Of a DNA stretch of 64,000 bases, positions 55,250-64,000 are shown piece by piece (positions within the stretch are counted from its first letter, which is position 1; the number at the start of each line of letters is the position of its first letter). The translations under genes were made by a program, and so were the position numbers. The notes under the pieces are model-generated. The model worked only from the letters and a program-made list of their open reading frames with translations. It was not told the DNA's origin and searched no databases. This DNA is from Candidatus Babeliales bacterium. Its GTDB lineage: Bacteria > Babelota > Babeliae > Babelales > JBFXEV01. The DNA is taken from the NCBI GenBank assembly GCA_050179755.1, contig JBFXEV010000001.1:873994-937993 (forward strand). Direction: 5' to 3'.

Positions 55250-55630
55250 CTATAATTTTTCTGTTACGTTGATTACTGCATTTGATGGAGTATAGTGTAC
55301 CAGGTTTACACCATCTGGTAAAAACAATGTTGAGCGATCAACCAGTAATTGATTTTCACCTTTATGTAAACGACTTGCGTCAATATGAATGGCAAGTTCA
55401 TCTCTATCCAAACTGTATATTTTTGAGCGCGGTGCTTGCAGCGTAATAGTTATTGTTTGTGGTGCATTAATTGTTTGGTGTGATTCAGCATTATACATAC
55501 ATACTGGCACATCATGTGTAATGCTCATTACGTGCGACCCACTAATGAGCGCCCAGACAAGATAACCACTTGTGAGTGAAAGTAACTTAATGGGTAGGTT
55601 GGTTAGAATTAGTTGTTTTAGATTTATCAT
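55250..55630 (-). CDS. YbbR/CdaR-like protein (single domain)
   Basis: NLPIKLLSL...W TM anchor; one YbbR-like beta domain; synteny. Confidence 0.65.
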   Translation of the reverse strand: MINLKQLILTNLPIKLLSLTSGYLVWALISGSHVMSITHDVPVCMYNAESHQTINAPQTITITLQAPRSKIYSLDRDELAIHIDASRLHKGENQLLVDRSTLFLPDGVNLVHYTPSNAVINVTEKL

Positions 55631-56429
55631 GATACTTTAATTCTCCTTTTGGTGATTGATACGATGGCATAACATATGAACTCATAATGCGCACAGCTTG
55701 CGGCGCGCTTAAGCCTTCAATAAGTTTATCGTGAGCAATGAGTGAAAATGTGTGCGAATTAGGGTCTGCATACATTACTACCGCATCAGTTTTTGCCGTA
55801 AATAACAATGCGTCTTCATGCCAAATGCTTGTAAATTGTTCTTGACCAAATTGTTCCCAAGAGCATGAAAGTGCAAGTAATTTGCCTTCATGATTGAGCC
55901 ACAAAAAACTGTTTGCATCGTATGACGGATTTTGTAGCAACAATTCTATGAGGCCTGGTTGCACATAACTATTTAGAATAAAAGGTGCCCATACAAATTG
56001 GCTTAAGCTATCACGTTGCTCAATTACGCACATGACCGGTTTTTTATTGTTCATTGCCACCAAGCAACTGCGCACAAGCAATTCCACCCAATTTGTATGA
56101 TGCGCTTGTTTACGTGGCGTCAAATTACGCAGCGCAATGTAATTGCTTTGCAGAGTTTTCTGATGAATTAAAATAAAAACCATGGCAATCGCTGGGCTAA
56201 GAGCGCATAGCACAAAGCTGATTGCAAAAAGACTACAGAAATAACTTCCAAGCGTTAAGGCAAGGTAACCATAAAAATAAGCTAGCAATGGTTGCGTGCG
56301 GTCTTGCTTGAGCCATTGTGCAATATAAAAAAAAGCGACGGCAAAGAAAAGTATTTCTATGCCATCGCTTACATTCATAAATGCAATATGTTGCTGCACT
56401 AAGTGCAGCGTGGTTGAAAGTGCTTTCAT
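55587..56429 (-). CDS. CdaA/DacA-like diadenylate cyclase homologue with degenerate active site
   Basis: Three N-terminal TMs, CVIEQ, TDAVV; cdaA-cdaR-glmM order; DGA and RHR motifs absent. Confidence 0.65.
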   Translation of the reverse strand: MKALSTTLHLVQQHIAFMNVSDGIEILFFAVAFFYIAQWLKQDRTQPLLAYFYGYLALTLGSYFCSLFAISFVLCALSPAIAMVFILIHQKTLQSNYIALRNLTPRKQAHHTNWVELLVRSCLVAMNNKKPVMCVIEQRDSLSQFVWAPFILNSYVQPGLIELLLQNPSYDANSFLWLNHEGKLLALSCSWEQFGQEQFTSIWHEDALLFTAKTDAVVMYADPNSHTFSLIAHDKLIEGLSAPQAVRIMSSYVMPSYQSPKGELKYHDKSKTTNSNQPTH

Positions 56430-56449
56430 ACTAATGTCCTCTACTTTAT

Positions 56450-57673
56450 TTATTGTTTTTTCTTTTCTTCTTCTGTTAGTTTTCTAGTAGGTTGTGCCAA
56501 ACATTCGGCTTCATCATTAATTTTTGCTTGTAATAATAGTGGGCGTTCTTTTATAATTGACCTATAGTCAGAGTCAACTTTTAAAAATGCATCTTCTTCT
56601 ACTGGATTACTTTTTTCATTTATTTCATCCAGTGAGTAATTCAAGCCTGCTTGATCTGCACATGTTTTTGTAATGCGATCTATAGTTGCTTCGCGTGCTA
56701 TAGTAGTAGCTTTAAAGTATATTTTAGTAAGAATTTCTTCTAAATGTTGCGTATGATATATTGTTTTTAGTCGATTGCAACCGTCATCTAAAATTCTTCT
56801 TGCCAGATTAAGAACTTGATCTGTATCATCAAATTGTTTTCCTCTCAAGTTTGCAATTAAAGGCTGGGTTATTTCAGTAATAAAGTTACAAACTTCAGTT
56901 TGCTGCTGGTGGCCCTGTACTGTCCGCATAAGAAGCATAAGTTCCTGATGTAACGTTTGAAAAAAGATTGAGCCAAATACATATTTTTCTTTTGGAATTG
57001 AGCCTAAATCCTCGGGGCAATACATAGTTTGCATGGCTGCTACCCATCCAACTTCTTGTATCTTTTGGTATGCTTCTTTACGTACTTCTAAGATTTTTTT
57101 TGCTTGTTCACACCAATGTTCTGAATATCTAGTTTTTTCTTTACTTATTGCATTTGCTTGGTTATCTACTAACTCTAAAACCCTAAGACCATTGGTTGCA
57201 CCAAGGCGCTCTTGAGCTCTTTCACGCGTTTGTGCTGCCCAATAACCTGCTGATAATAAAGTAATCTGTTGGCATTGTTCATCACCAACACCGGGGTAAC
57301 AATAAGGTTTTAAAAAACTTAAAACACAGCATGCGGCAGCTGCTGCACCAGTCCAAGGCGCCCATGTTCTCCAATATACTGTGTTTAATTTTGCAGAAAT
57401 GTCGTCAAACTCATGAGCTAGATTATCAGAGGCCATTGCGATGCGTGATGGGCGCATGGCTGCCATTAATTGGGTGATTTCTTGTGTTTGACTAATGGCA
57501 TTGCCATACGCTGTTAATCTTTCTCGAGATACAGGTGTTTTTTCTTGAACTGCTACACAGATAACTTTTCTTATTGTGTTTTGTGGCGGAGATTGTGCTC
57601 CTTTAGGCTCCATTGCCGGTGCCGTAGTAGATGCAAGCATGACTATAGTAAATAAACCAAGATGTCTATTCAT
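56450..57673 (-). CDS. Secreted hypothetical protein
   Basis: ORF track 56450..57739; likely start MNRHLGL...TTAPA|MEP. Confidence 0.65.
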   Translation of the reverse strand: MNRHLGLFTIVMLASTTAPAMEPKGAQSPPQNTIRKVICVAVQEKTPVSRERLTAYGNAISQTQEITQLMAAMRPSRIAMASDNLAHEFDDISAKLNTVYWRTWAPWTGAAAAACCVLSFLKPYCYPGVGDEQCQQITLLSAGYWAAQTRERAQERLGATNGLRVLELVDNQANAISKEKTRYSEHWCEQAKKILEVRKEAYQKIQEVGWVAAMQTMYCPEDLGSIPKEKYVFGSIFFQTLHQELMLLMRTVQGHQQQTEVCNFITEITQPLIANLRGKQFDDTDQVLNLARRILDDGCNRLKTIYHTQHLEEILTKIYFKATTIAREATIDRITKTCADQAGLNYSLDEINEKSNPVEEDAFLKVDSDYRSIIKERPLLLQAKINDEAECLAQPTRKLTEEEKKKQ

Positions 57674-57745
57674 GAGTATCCTTTGTAGATTTTTAATAGC
57701 AGATACATTTAGTCTACTTCTAAGCTGTGTTTCTCGCAACAGGGG

Positions 57746-58363
57746 TTACTTAGTCTTTTTTTCTAACTCTTGTGCAGATAGGTGTGCTTGATTGCGCAAA
57801 TTAGTAAGGAGAGTGCGAGCGGTATATGTTTTTTGGGTAATTTTGGTGATTCCACGCATTGCTCTTATTGATTTGCAGCATTGCACGCACGTTATGAGTG
57901 CGAGTGCACAACTTGTGCTGCAGGGTGCGCAGCAATTTTCACCACGTTGTGCAGCGTTGTGTGCCCGTGCGGCAAAATACGCACTAAAAATGCCAAACTT
58001 GCAGGGTTTTACGATTGCTAAACCGCAAGACGTAATGTGGTTACAAATACGGCTATTAGTTTCACCTACCATGTAATCTAATAATTCAGTATGTTCTTGA
58101 GGGCTGCTGCAAATTAGTTGATATAATGAGTTTGAAGTGAATTTGCGCTCATAAATTGCCATTTCTTCTTGCGTATGCAACCACGAGCAATCTTTGCCTG
58201 CCTCTTGTGCATATTCATGCATTTGAATCCGTGCCGGTGGCATCTCCTCTAAGAGTGCATCTGCATTATCATAAACCATGCTTACTCGAGGTGGGTAATT
58301 AGGATCCATTCCAAAGAGTAATGATGAACTTAATAAAGTTACGCTTAAAAGTCTATGATGCAT
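57746..58363 (-). CDS. Secreted hypothetical protein, Cys-rich hydrophobic C-half
   Basis: Signal peptide SLLFG|MDP; CCAPCSTSC..CVQCC. Confidence 0.65.
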   Translation of the reverse strand: MHHRLLSVTLLSSSLLFGMDPNYPPRVSMVYDNADALLEEMPPARIQMHEYAQEAGKDCSWLHTQEEMAIYERKFTSNSLYQLICSSPQEHTELLDYMVGETNSRICNHITSCGLAIVKPCKFGIFSAYFAARAHNAAQRGENCCAPCSTSCALALITCVQCCKSIRAMRGITKITQKTYTARTLLTNLRNQAHLSAQELEKKTK

Positions 58364-58442
58364 GATGATCCTGTGAGCTAAGAAAGTGTTATGATTGTTA
58401 AAACTATTGCTTAGTTTAAGCCAAATACGCTCACTAGTCTAA

Positions 58443-59534
<1,092 letters not shown>

Positions 59535-59563
59535 GATACTGATTTTTTGGCAGAATATTTAAT

Positions 59564-60295
59564 CTATTTTTTACTGGCCTGATATGCTTTATAAAACGCA
59601 ACAAGTGGTTGCCATTCTTCTCTACCTTCAAGTAAATTTATTGGTGTTTGACCCTCAGTAGTTCTTGCCTCAAGGCAAGCTCCTGCATCAAGTAGCATGT
59701 GTGCTATTGCAATGGTTTTTTCTTCATCAAAACGTGCTTGTGCAAGAACATGAAGTGAGGAACAATTTTGAGTGTCATTTACTTTAACATGAGCGCCATG
59801 CTCTAATAATAATGCTACTTTTTCAGGAGAACACCAAGCAATGGCGCGATGAAGCGGCATATCTTCACCGGGTAAACCATTAACTTGCGCGCCTTGTTCA
59901 AGCAAAGCAGTCATTTTTTCTTTTGTGCCTCTATGGTCAGCAGCTTTAACTAATTTTCTGGTGAGTCGAGCTTGCAAAATACAGCCAACAGGTGTAACGC
60001 CGCTTTTGTTTAGAGTGGCTTCAGGTGCACCATTTTCTAATAATAAACCGATTATTTTATTATTAAGTTGCCTTTGGGTGAATGCAACATGTAATGCCGT
60101 ATCGCCTGTTTCAGGTAGAGTTGCTCTAACATCAACACCTGCTGTAAGTAATTGACTGACTTGATGATAATTGTTTTGGCGAATAGCAAGGCACAGGTCT
60201 TGGAGGGTTGTTTTTTTTTGTGATGCTTTTTCTGTATCCATTGCTTGTAATGTTAGGGTAGAAGCAAGAAGTGCGATACGTATTATTTTTTGCAT
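59564..60295 (-). CDS. Secreted ankyrin-repeat protein
   Basis: GDTALHVA, GVTPV, PLHRAI, GQTPI; start re-called at MQKIIRIALL (ORF track 60421). Confidence 0.88.
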   Translation of the reverse strand: MQKIIRIALLASTLTLQAMDTEKASQKKTTLQDLCLAIRQNNYHQVSQLLTAGVDVRATLPETGDTALHVAFTQRQLNNKIIGLLLENGAPEATLNKSGVTPVGCILQARLTRKLVKAADHRGTKEKMTALLEQGAQVNGLPGEDMPLHRAIAWCSPEKVALLLEHGAHVKVNDTQNCSSLHVLAQARFDEEKTIAIAHMLLDAGACLEARTTEGQTPINLLEGREEWQPLVAFYKAYQASKK

Positions 60296-60380
60296 GGTGA
60301 TCCTTAAGTGTCTTGAAAAGAGAATCTTAGGATCAAGATAACAGATATAGGATTTGCTGCAAGAAGTGCTTATTGCGTGT

Positions 60381-61517
60381 CTAATGATGATCGTTGTCTG
60401 TATAATGCGTGCTTTTATCATTAATCACTTGGGCAAGTGTTTTACTTGATGTATGATTGGCAACATATACATGATGGGCAATTATTGCTTGGCCAAGTTC
60501 AGGGTTATTGGGGTGGTACGAAGCATGATTAAAAACGGGTGTGGCACGGTTCACAAAATTTTCTGATTGTATCACGACCAAGTCAACCGTTCTATTATCG
60601 GTTAAGCGCACTAAGCATTTTCTATGAAAGTTTCCCTTCATGTTTTTTTGGTTATTAGTTTTAGCAACGGTAATGTGTGCACCTGCTTGAGTCAATTCAC
60701 TTAATAATTGAGTACTTACTTTAGTTAAAAACTCCCAATCCACAATCATATGCACAGTGCCCCCTTGTTTGCAAAAAACAAGTAGTTTTGCATGCAATGT
60801 TGTATTACCGTAGCCCATAGTTCCAAGATACAAGGTGCCACCTTTTTCAGGGTTAATTTGCTGTGCAAGTGATTCGGTTAATTTATAAAGTGTAGTATCA
60901 TATACGGTGCTGCATTTTAACTCGGTAGGCGGCAATATATGTGCCCCATTAGCATCTTCTTGCATGCCTTCGACGTGTGATGCTAAATGTTGTTTATAAT
61001 ATTCATGGTTATCATGAGTAATTAAACCAATTTCAAAGTTTTGGCGCCGACATCTTTGCGCATTATTAGGGTTGTAAGAACCTTCATATATACTATAATG
61101 CCAAGTTTGTTCACCAGTCTTTTTATAAGCAATAAGCACTCGTTTGCCGTGTTGACTGCCACGTTTTAAGGTAATGTTTTTGCAATCTTTTAGTTCTCTA
61201 CAAACGTGTTGATTTTCATGGCGATCAGCGTCTAGGTGGAGCGATACGCTGCCTTGTTTTTTGCTCGCAATTGCTTTAATGAGATCAATTACTTTTTGAT
61301 TGGTAATAAATGCTAAATCAGCTGATAAGGTAACACACTCTGCTGTGTTCGCAGTTTGCAGTAGTGCATGTAATTTATCGCGAACATCAAGTGTGCGCAA
61401 TGCCAAGTATGGTTTAGATATTTGAGTTATTGTTGAATCCATAGCACAGGAAAAAGTGGAGAGTGATAGTAATGTAAAAAAGAATATAATTTTTAGTGGC
61501 TTCATTTCTTTTTTCAT
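60381..61517 (-). CDS. Secreted phospholipase D/nuclease-superfamily protein (variant HxK motifs)
   Basis: QHGKR...GSYN and FHRK...SEN. Confidence 0.7.
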   Translation of the reverse strand: MKKEMKPLKIIFFFTLLSLSTFSCAMDSTITQISKPYLALRTLDVRDKLHALLQTANTAECVTLSADLAFITNQKVIDLIKAIASKKQGSVSLHLDADRHENQHVCRELKDCKNITLKRGSQHGKRVLIAYKKTGEQTWHYSIYEGSYNPNNAQRCRRQNFEIGLITHDNHEYYKQHLASHVEGMQEDANGAHILPPTELKCSTVYDTTLYKLTESLAQQINPEKGGTLYLGTMGYGNTTLHAKLLVFCKQGGTVHMIVDWEFLTKVSTQLLSELTQAGAHITVAKTNNQKNMKGNFHRKCLVRLTDNRTVDLVVIQSENFVNRATPVFNHASYHPNNPELGQAIIAHHVYVANHTSSKTLAQVINDKSTHYTDNDHH

Positions 61518-61523
61518 AGCATG

Positions 61524-62693
61524 TTACTCATTGTTGCCCGAAAGTGCTATTTTTTTCTTGGAAGATTTTCTTTTAGGTAATTGCGCACCAGAATTTTTAA
61601 AGTCCTGATACGTAACACCTTGTAGTGCAAGTTTTGTGTGTTCAGCAATGATGGCGTTACCCATATCGGTTTGATTCGGATAATAGGTGCTTACATTAAA
61701 ATCATGTTCTGCGTGCTTTGTTGCATTGGCAGTTGAAACACACGTGAGAATCTTTCCTGCACGTACACGCACCAAATACTTTTGATGGAAGATGCCTAAC
61801 TTTTCAAGGAGCGTTTTGCCTTCTTTTACTTTAAATTGCCCAGTTGGCAGCACAATGTGTGCACCATGATGCGTAAGTTCGTCAAGTAACGGTATATTCT
61901 CTTGTGATGTTGCGTCAGTATCAAGGAGCATGTGCACTAAGACCTTTCGCTTTGCGGCTTCAACTAACGCGGCATGAAGTCCGGCATGGCCATAGTTCAT
62001 AGAAGCAAAATAAATAGAGTCGCCTGTGTTGGTGTTTGCAATACGTGGTGCAAGGCTTGCATGGAGATCATGCTCAGCATTATCAATAATTGTTTTCTTT
62101 GCTGGTGTAGCGTCTAAAGTTTCTAATTCGTGCTTTTTTGTGCGTTTGGTGCCTTGTTGATGTGATTTTACATGGGCGTTGTGCGCTGGAGAATCATTAT
62201 ATTCTATTACCATCATTTCTTTATTGCGCTGTGCGCTTTTAGATAAGTTATAGGAACCAGCAATCGTTCGGCGATGCCACACGGTTTCATCAGCTTGTTT
62301 ATATTGGATAGACAATCTTTTGGTATGTTGTGCACTTTTGATTACCGTTATACCGGCACTTTCTAGTTTTTGGATTGGCGTTTTATTATTGGCGTTGGAT
62401 TTATGCATATGCACAGAAACGTTGCCTGGGTGCTTTGTATGTATATCGATGAGTAAATCTATAATAGTGCTATCAGTAAGAATGAAAGCATCTACGTTCA
62501 CATGTGCCTCATCTGCGTTTAAGGCAGCAGCGAGTTCTGTGATAACGGTAGGTTGTATGTTTGGATTAAATAGTACGGTGTCTTTTTGCGGAGAGCGTGG
62601 ATCAACATCCATGCAATGCAGAGAAATACTGCAGCCAAAAGCTGCTATACCTATAAACAGGGAATATAAAGATATTCTCATTTTTTTTAACAT
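61524..62693 (-). CDS. Secreted phospholipase D/nuclease-superfamily protein, paralogue
   Basis: QHTKR...GSYN, FHQK...TAN; AAKRKVLVHMLLD. Confidence 0.75.
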   Translation of the reverse strand: MLKKMRISLYSLFIGIAAFGCSISLHCMDVDPRSPQKDTVLFNPNIQPTVITELAAALNADEAHVNVDAFILTDSTIIDLLIDIHTKHPGNVSVHMHKSNANNKTPIQKLESAGITVIKSAQHTKRLSIQYKQADETVWHRRTIAGSYNLSKSAQRNKEMMVIEYNDSPAHNAHVKSHQQGTKRTKKHELETLDATPAKKTIIDNAEHDLHASLAPRIANTNTGDSIYFASMNYGHAGLHAALVEAAKRKVLVHMLLDTDATSQENIPLLDELTHHGAHIVLPTGQFKVKEGKTLLEKLGIFHQKYLVRVRAGKILTCVSTANATKHAEHDFNVSTYYPNQTDMGNAIIAEHTKLALQGVTYQDFKNSGAQLPKRKSSKKKIALSGNNE

Positions 62694-62885
62694 TGTTTCT
62701 CCATTCTGATAGGGTGAAGCTACCCTGCAATAGCTAAATTAATGATACTTATAGCATACCTGAATTATTCTATTTGTCAAATTTTACTAGAGAAAAACCA
62801 AAGGTTTTTAAAAATCCTTCCCTGGTGGCGCGATTATGTGGTAAGGTGTACAGGAGAAGGTATTCTATATAAGAGGAGAAATAGT

Positions 62886-63467
62886 ATGTTTAAAGGAATG
62901 TCTAGTTACTGGTTTGGGGCAGGGATAGTCTTGTTTTTTACCATACTACTTTGTATATCATTTTTTACCTGGTGGCAGCAAGCTTCAGTTTGGCAAGAGC
63001 AAGTGATAGATGAGCATATCACTACACTGCTCGGTATTTTTAAACGCATTGACGCTGAATGCCATATAACGGGCTTTGAGCATCAAAAGAATTACATTGA
63101 TTTTCTTAATGTGGCAACATTTGCTGGATCAGAAGTAGGTTCTATGAATTTGGCACAACCACATAAATGGAAAGGGCCGTATATTAAAGATAATCCCACC
63201 ATTCAAGAAAAACAGTATCAAATTGTAAGAACTCATAAAGGATATTTTATTGTACCTGGTGAAGGTGTGGAGCTTGGTAACGGCAAAGTCATTGGTAAAG
63301 ATATTGTGTTTGATGAAGATGCAGATATTGAAGCAATGATGCAAGATGAACATGCGTTAAAATTTAAAGAATATAAACTTGCAGCACCATTGATATTAAA
63401 GAGTGAAGCTCAGGTTGAACTCACGCCTAAAGAGGCTTTGGTGGTATTAGAAGACCCTGGTGTGTAA
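62886..63467 (+). CDS. Membrane-anchored hypothetical protein, GspG/pseudopilin-like segment
   Basis: AGGAG RBS before MFKG; N-terminal TM; KWKGPYI. Confidence 0.45.
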   Translation: MFKGMSSYWFGAGIVLFFTILLCISFFTWWQQASVWQEQVIDEHITTLLGIFKRIDAECHITGFEHQKNYIDFLNVATFAGSEVGSMNLAQPHKWKGPYIKDNPTIQEKQYQIVRTHKGYFIVPGEGVELGNGKVIGKDIVFDEDADIEAMMQDEHALKFKEYKLAAPLILKSEAQVELTPKEALVVLEDPGV

Positions 63468-63477
63468 CAAGCAAGCC

Positions 63478-63503
63478 AGAGGCTACTCTTTAAAGTAGCC
63501 TCT
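63478..63503. terminator. Hairpin between convergent genes
   Basis: AGAGGCTACT-CTTTAA-AGTAGCCTCT. Confidence 0.7.
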
Positions 63504-63518
63504 AGCTTATAATATCAG

Positions 63519-64000
63519 TTAATGACTATGAGTTTGCTTAATAATATCGGCTGCACGTTCAGACATAGCATAAATAGTAGCTGACGGCCGCGTAACTGTA
63601 GTTGTTGGTAGCACTGAACCATCAACTACTCGAAGATTTCTAATTCCGAATACTCTAAACTCTTGGTCTACAACTGCCAGAGGATCGTTATTCGCCCCCA
63701 TTTTGCAGCCACCTACTTGATGCGTACTAGGAGTTGCAAAAGATTTATTAAATAAATCAATTTGGGCATCTGCTTGAATATTAGGGCCTGGAAAGACTTC
63801 TCCAGTAATTTGGATACCTTCTGTATTTGTTGTACTAGTTTCTAACCAGGTTGTAAATTTCTCCATGACTTCTCGAGATTTTTTAAATGCATTTCGTAGA
63901 TCTGTTACATCTTGCTCTTCGGTAAAATATGGAGGAATAATGTAAGGGGGATCAAGAGGGTTATTTGAAAATATTACAATTTCTCCATTGCTTTTAGGTT
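63519..64000 (-). CDS. GMC oxidoreductase, C-terminal part (truncated by the window)
   Basis: Frame open to the edge: PKSNGEI..NPLDPP..HQVGGCKMG..VVD..LRVVDGS. Confidence 0.9.
   Translation of the reverse strand, partial: PKSNGEIVIFSNNPLDPPYIIPPYFTEEQDVTDLRNAFKKSREVMEKFTTWLETSTTNTEGIQITGEVFPGPNIQADAQIDLFNKSFATPSTHQVGGCKMGANNDPLAVVDQEFRVFGIRNLRVVDGSVLPTTTVTRPSATIYAMSERAADIIKQTHSH

Overview
Chromosomal window of a bacterium whose 16S sequence, ankyrin proteins and many short-signal-peptide hypothetical proteins suggest Dependentiae/TM6 (Babeliae), which are intracellular protist parasites; this assignment is an inference. Housekeeping content: a full rrn operon (16S-tRNA-Ile-tRNA-Ala-23S-5S), a tRNA cluster with rpmG-secE-nusG-rplKAJL-rpoBC, rpsO-pnp-rph, prfB, gmk, radA, tdk, murA, a solitary atpG, tsaE, glmM and trpS. 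Accessory content: sbtA/sbtB, an aromatic-amino-acid-type ABC transporter, a polymorphic toxin with a decaying immunity array, an array of Inc-like membrane proteins, two ankyrin proteins and two tandem PLD-like proteins. Main observations: (1) 15 unrelated secreted proteins have Met, mostly M-D/E/Q, immediately after the predicted signal-peptide cleavage site; (2) an unannotated 30-aa leader peptide with two Trp codons precedes the ABC transporter operon; (3) the rpoC stop codon lies inside a tRNA-Val gene; (4) the CdaA homologue lacks its catalytic motifs; (5) tRNA-Trp has a 4-bp anticodon stem; (6) a small palindromic repeat family sits next to tRNA genes. All calls are by eye, with no database searches.
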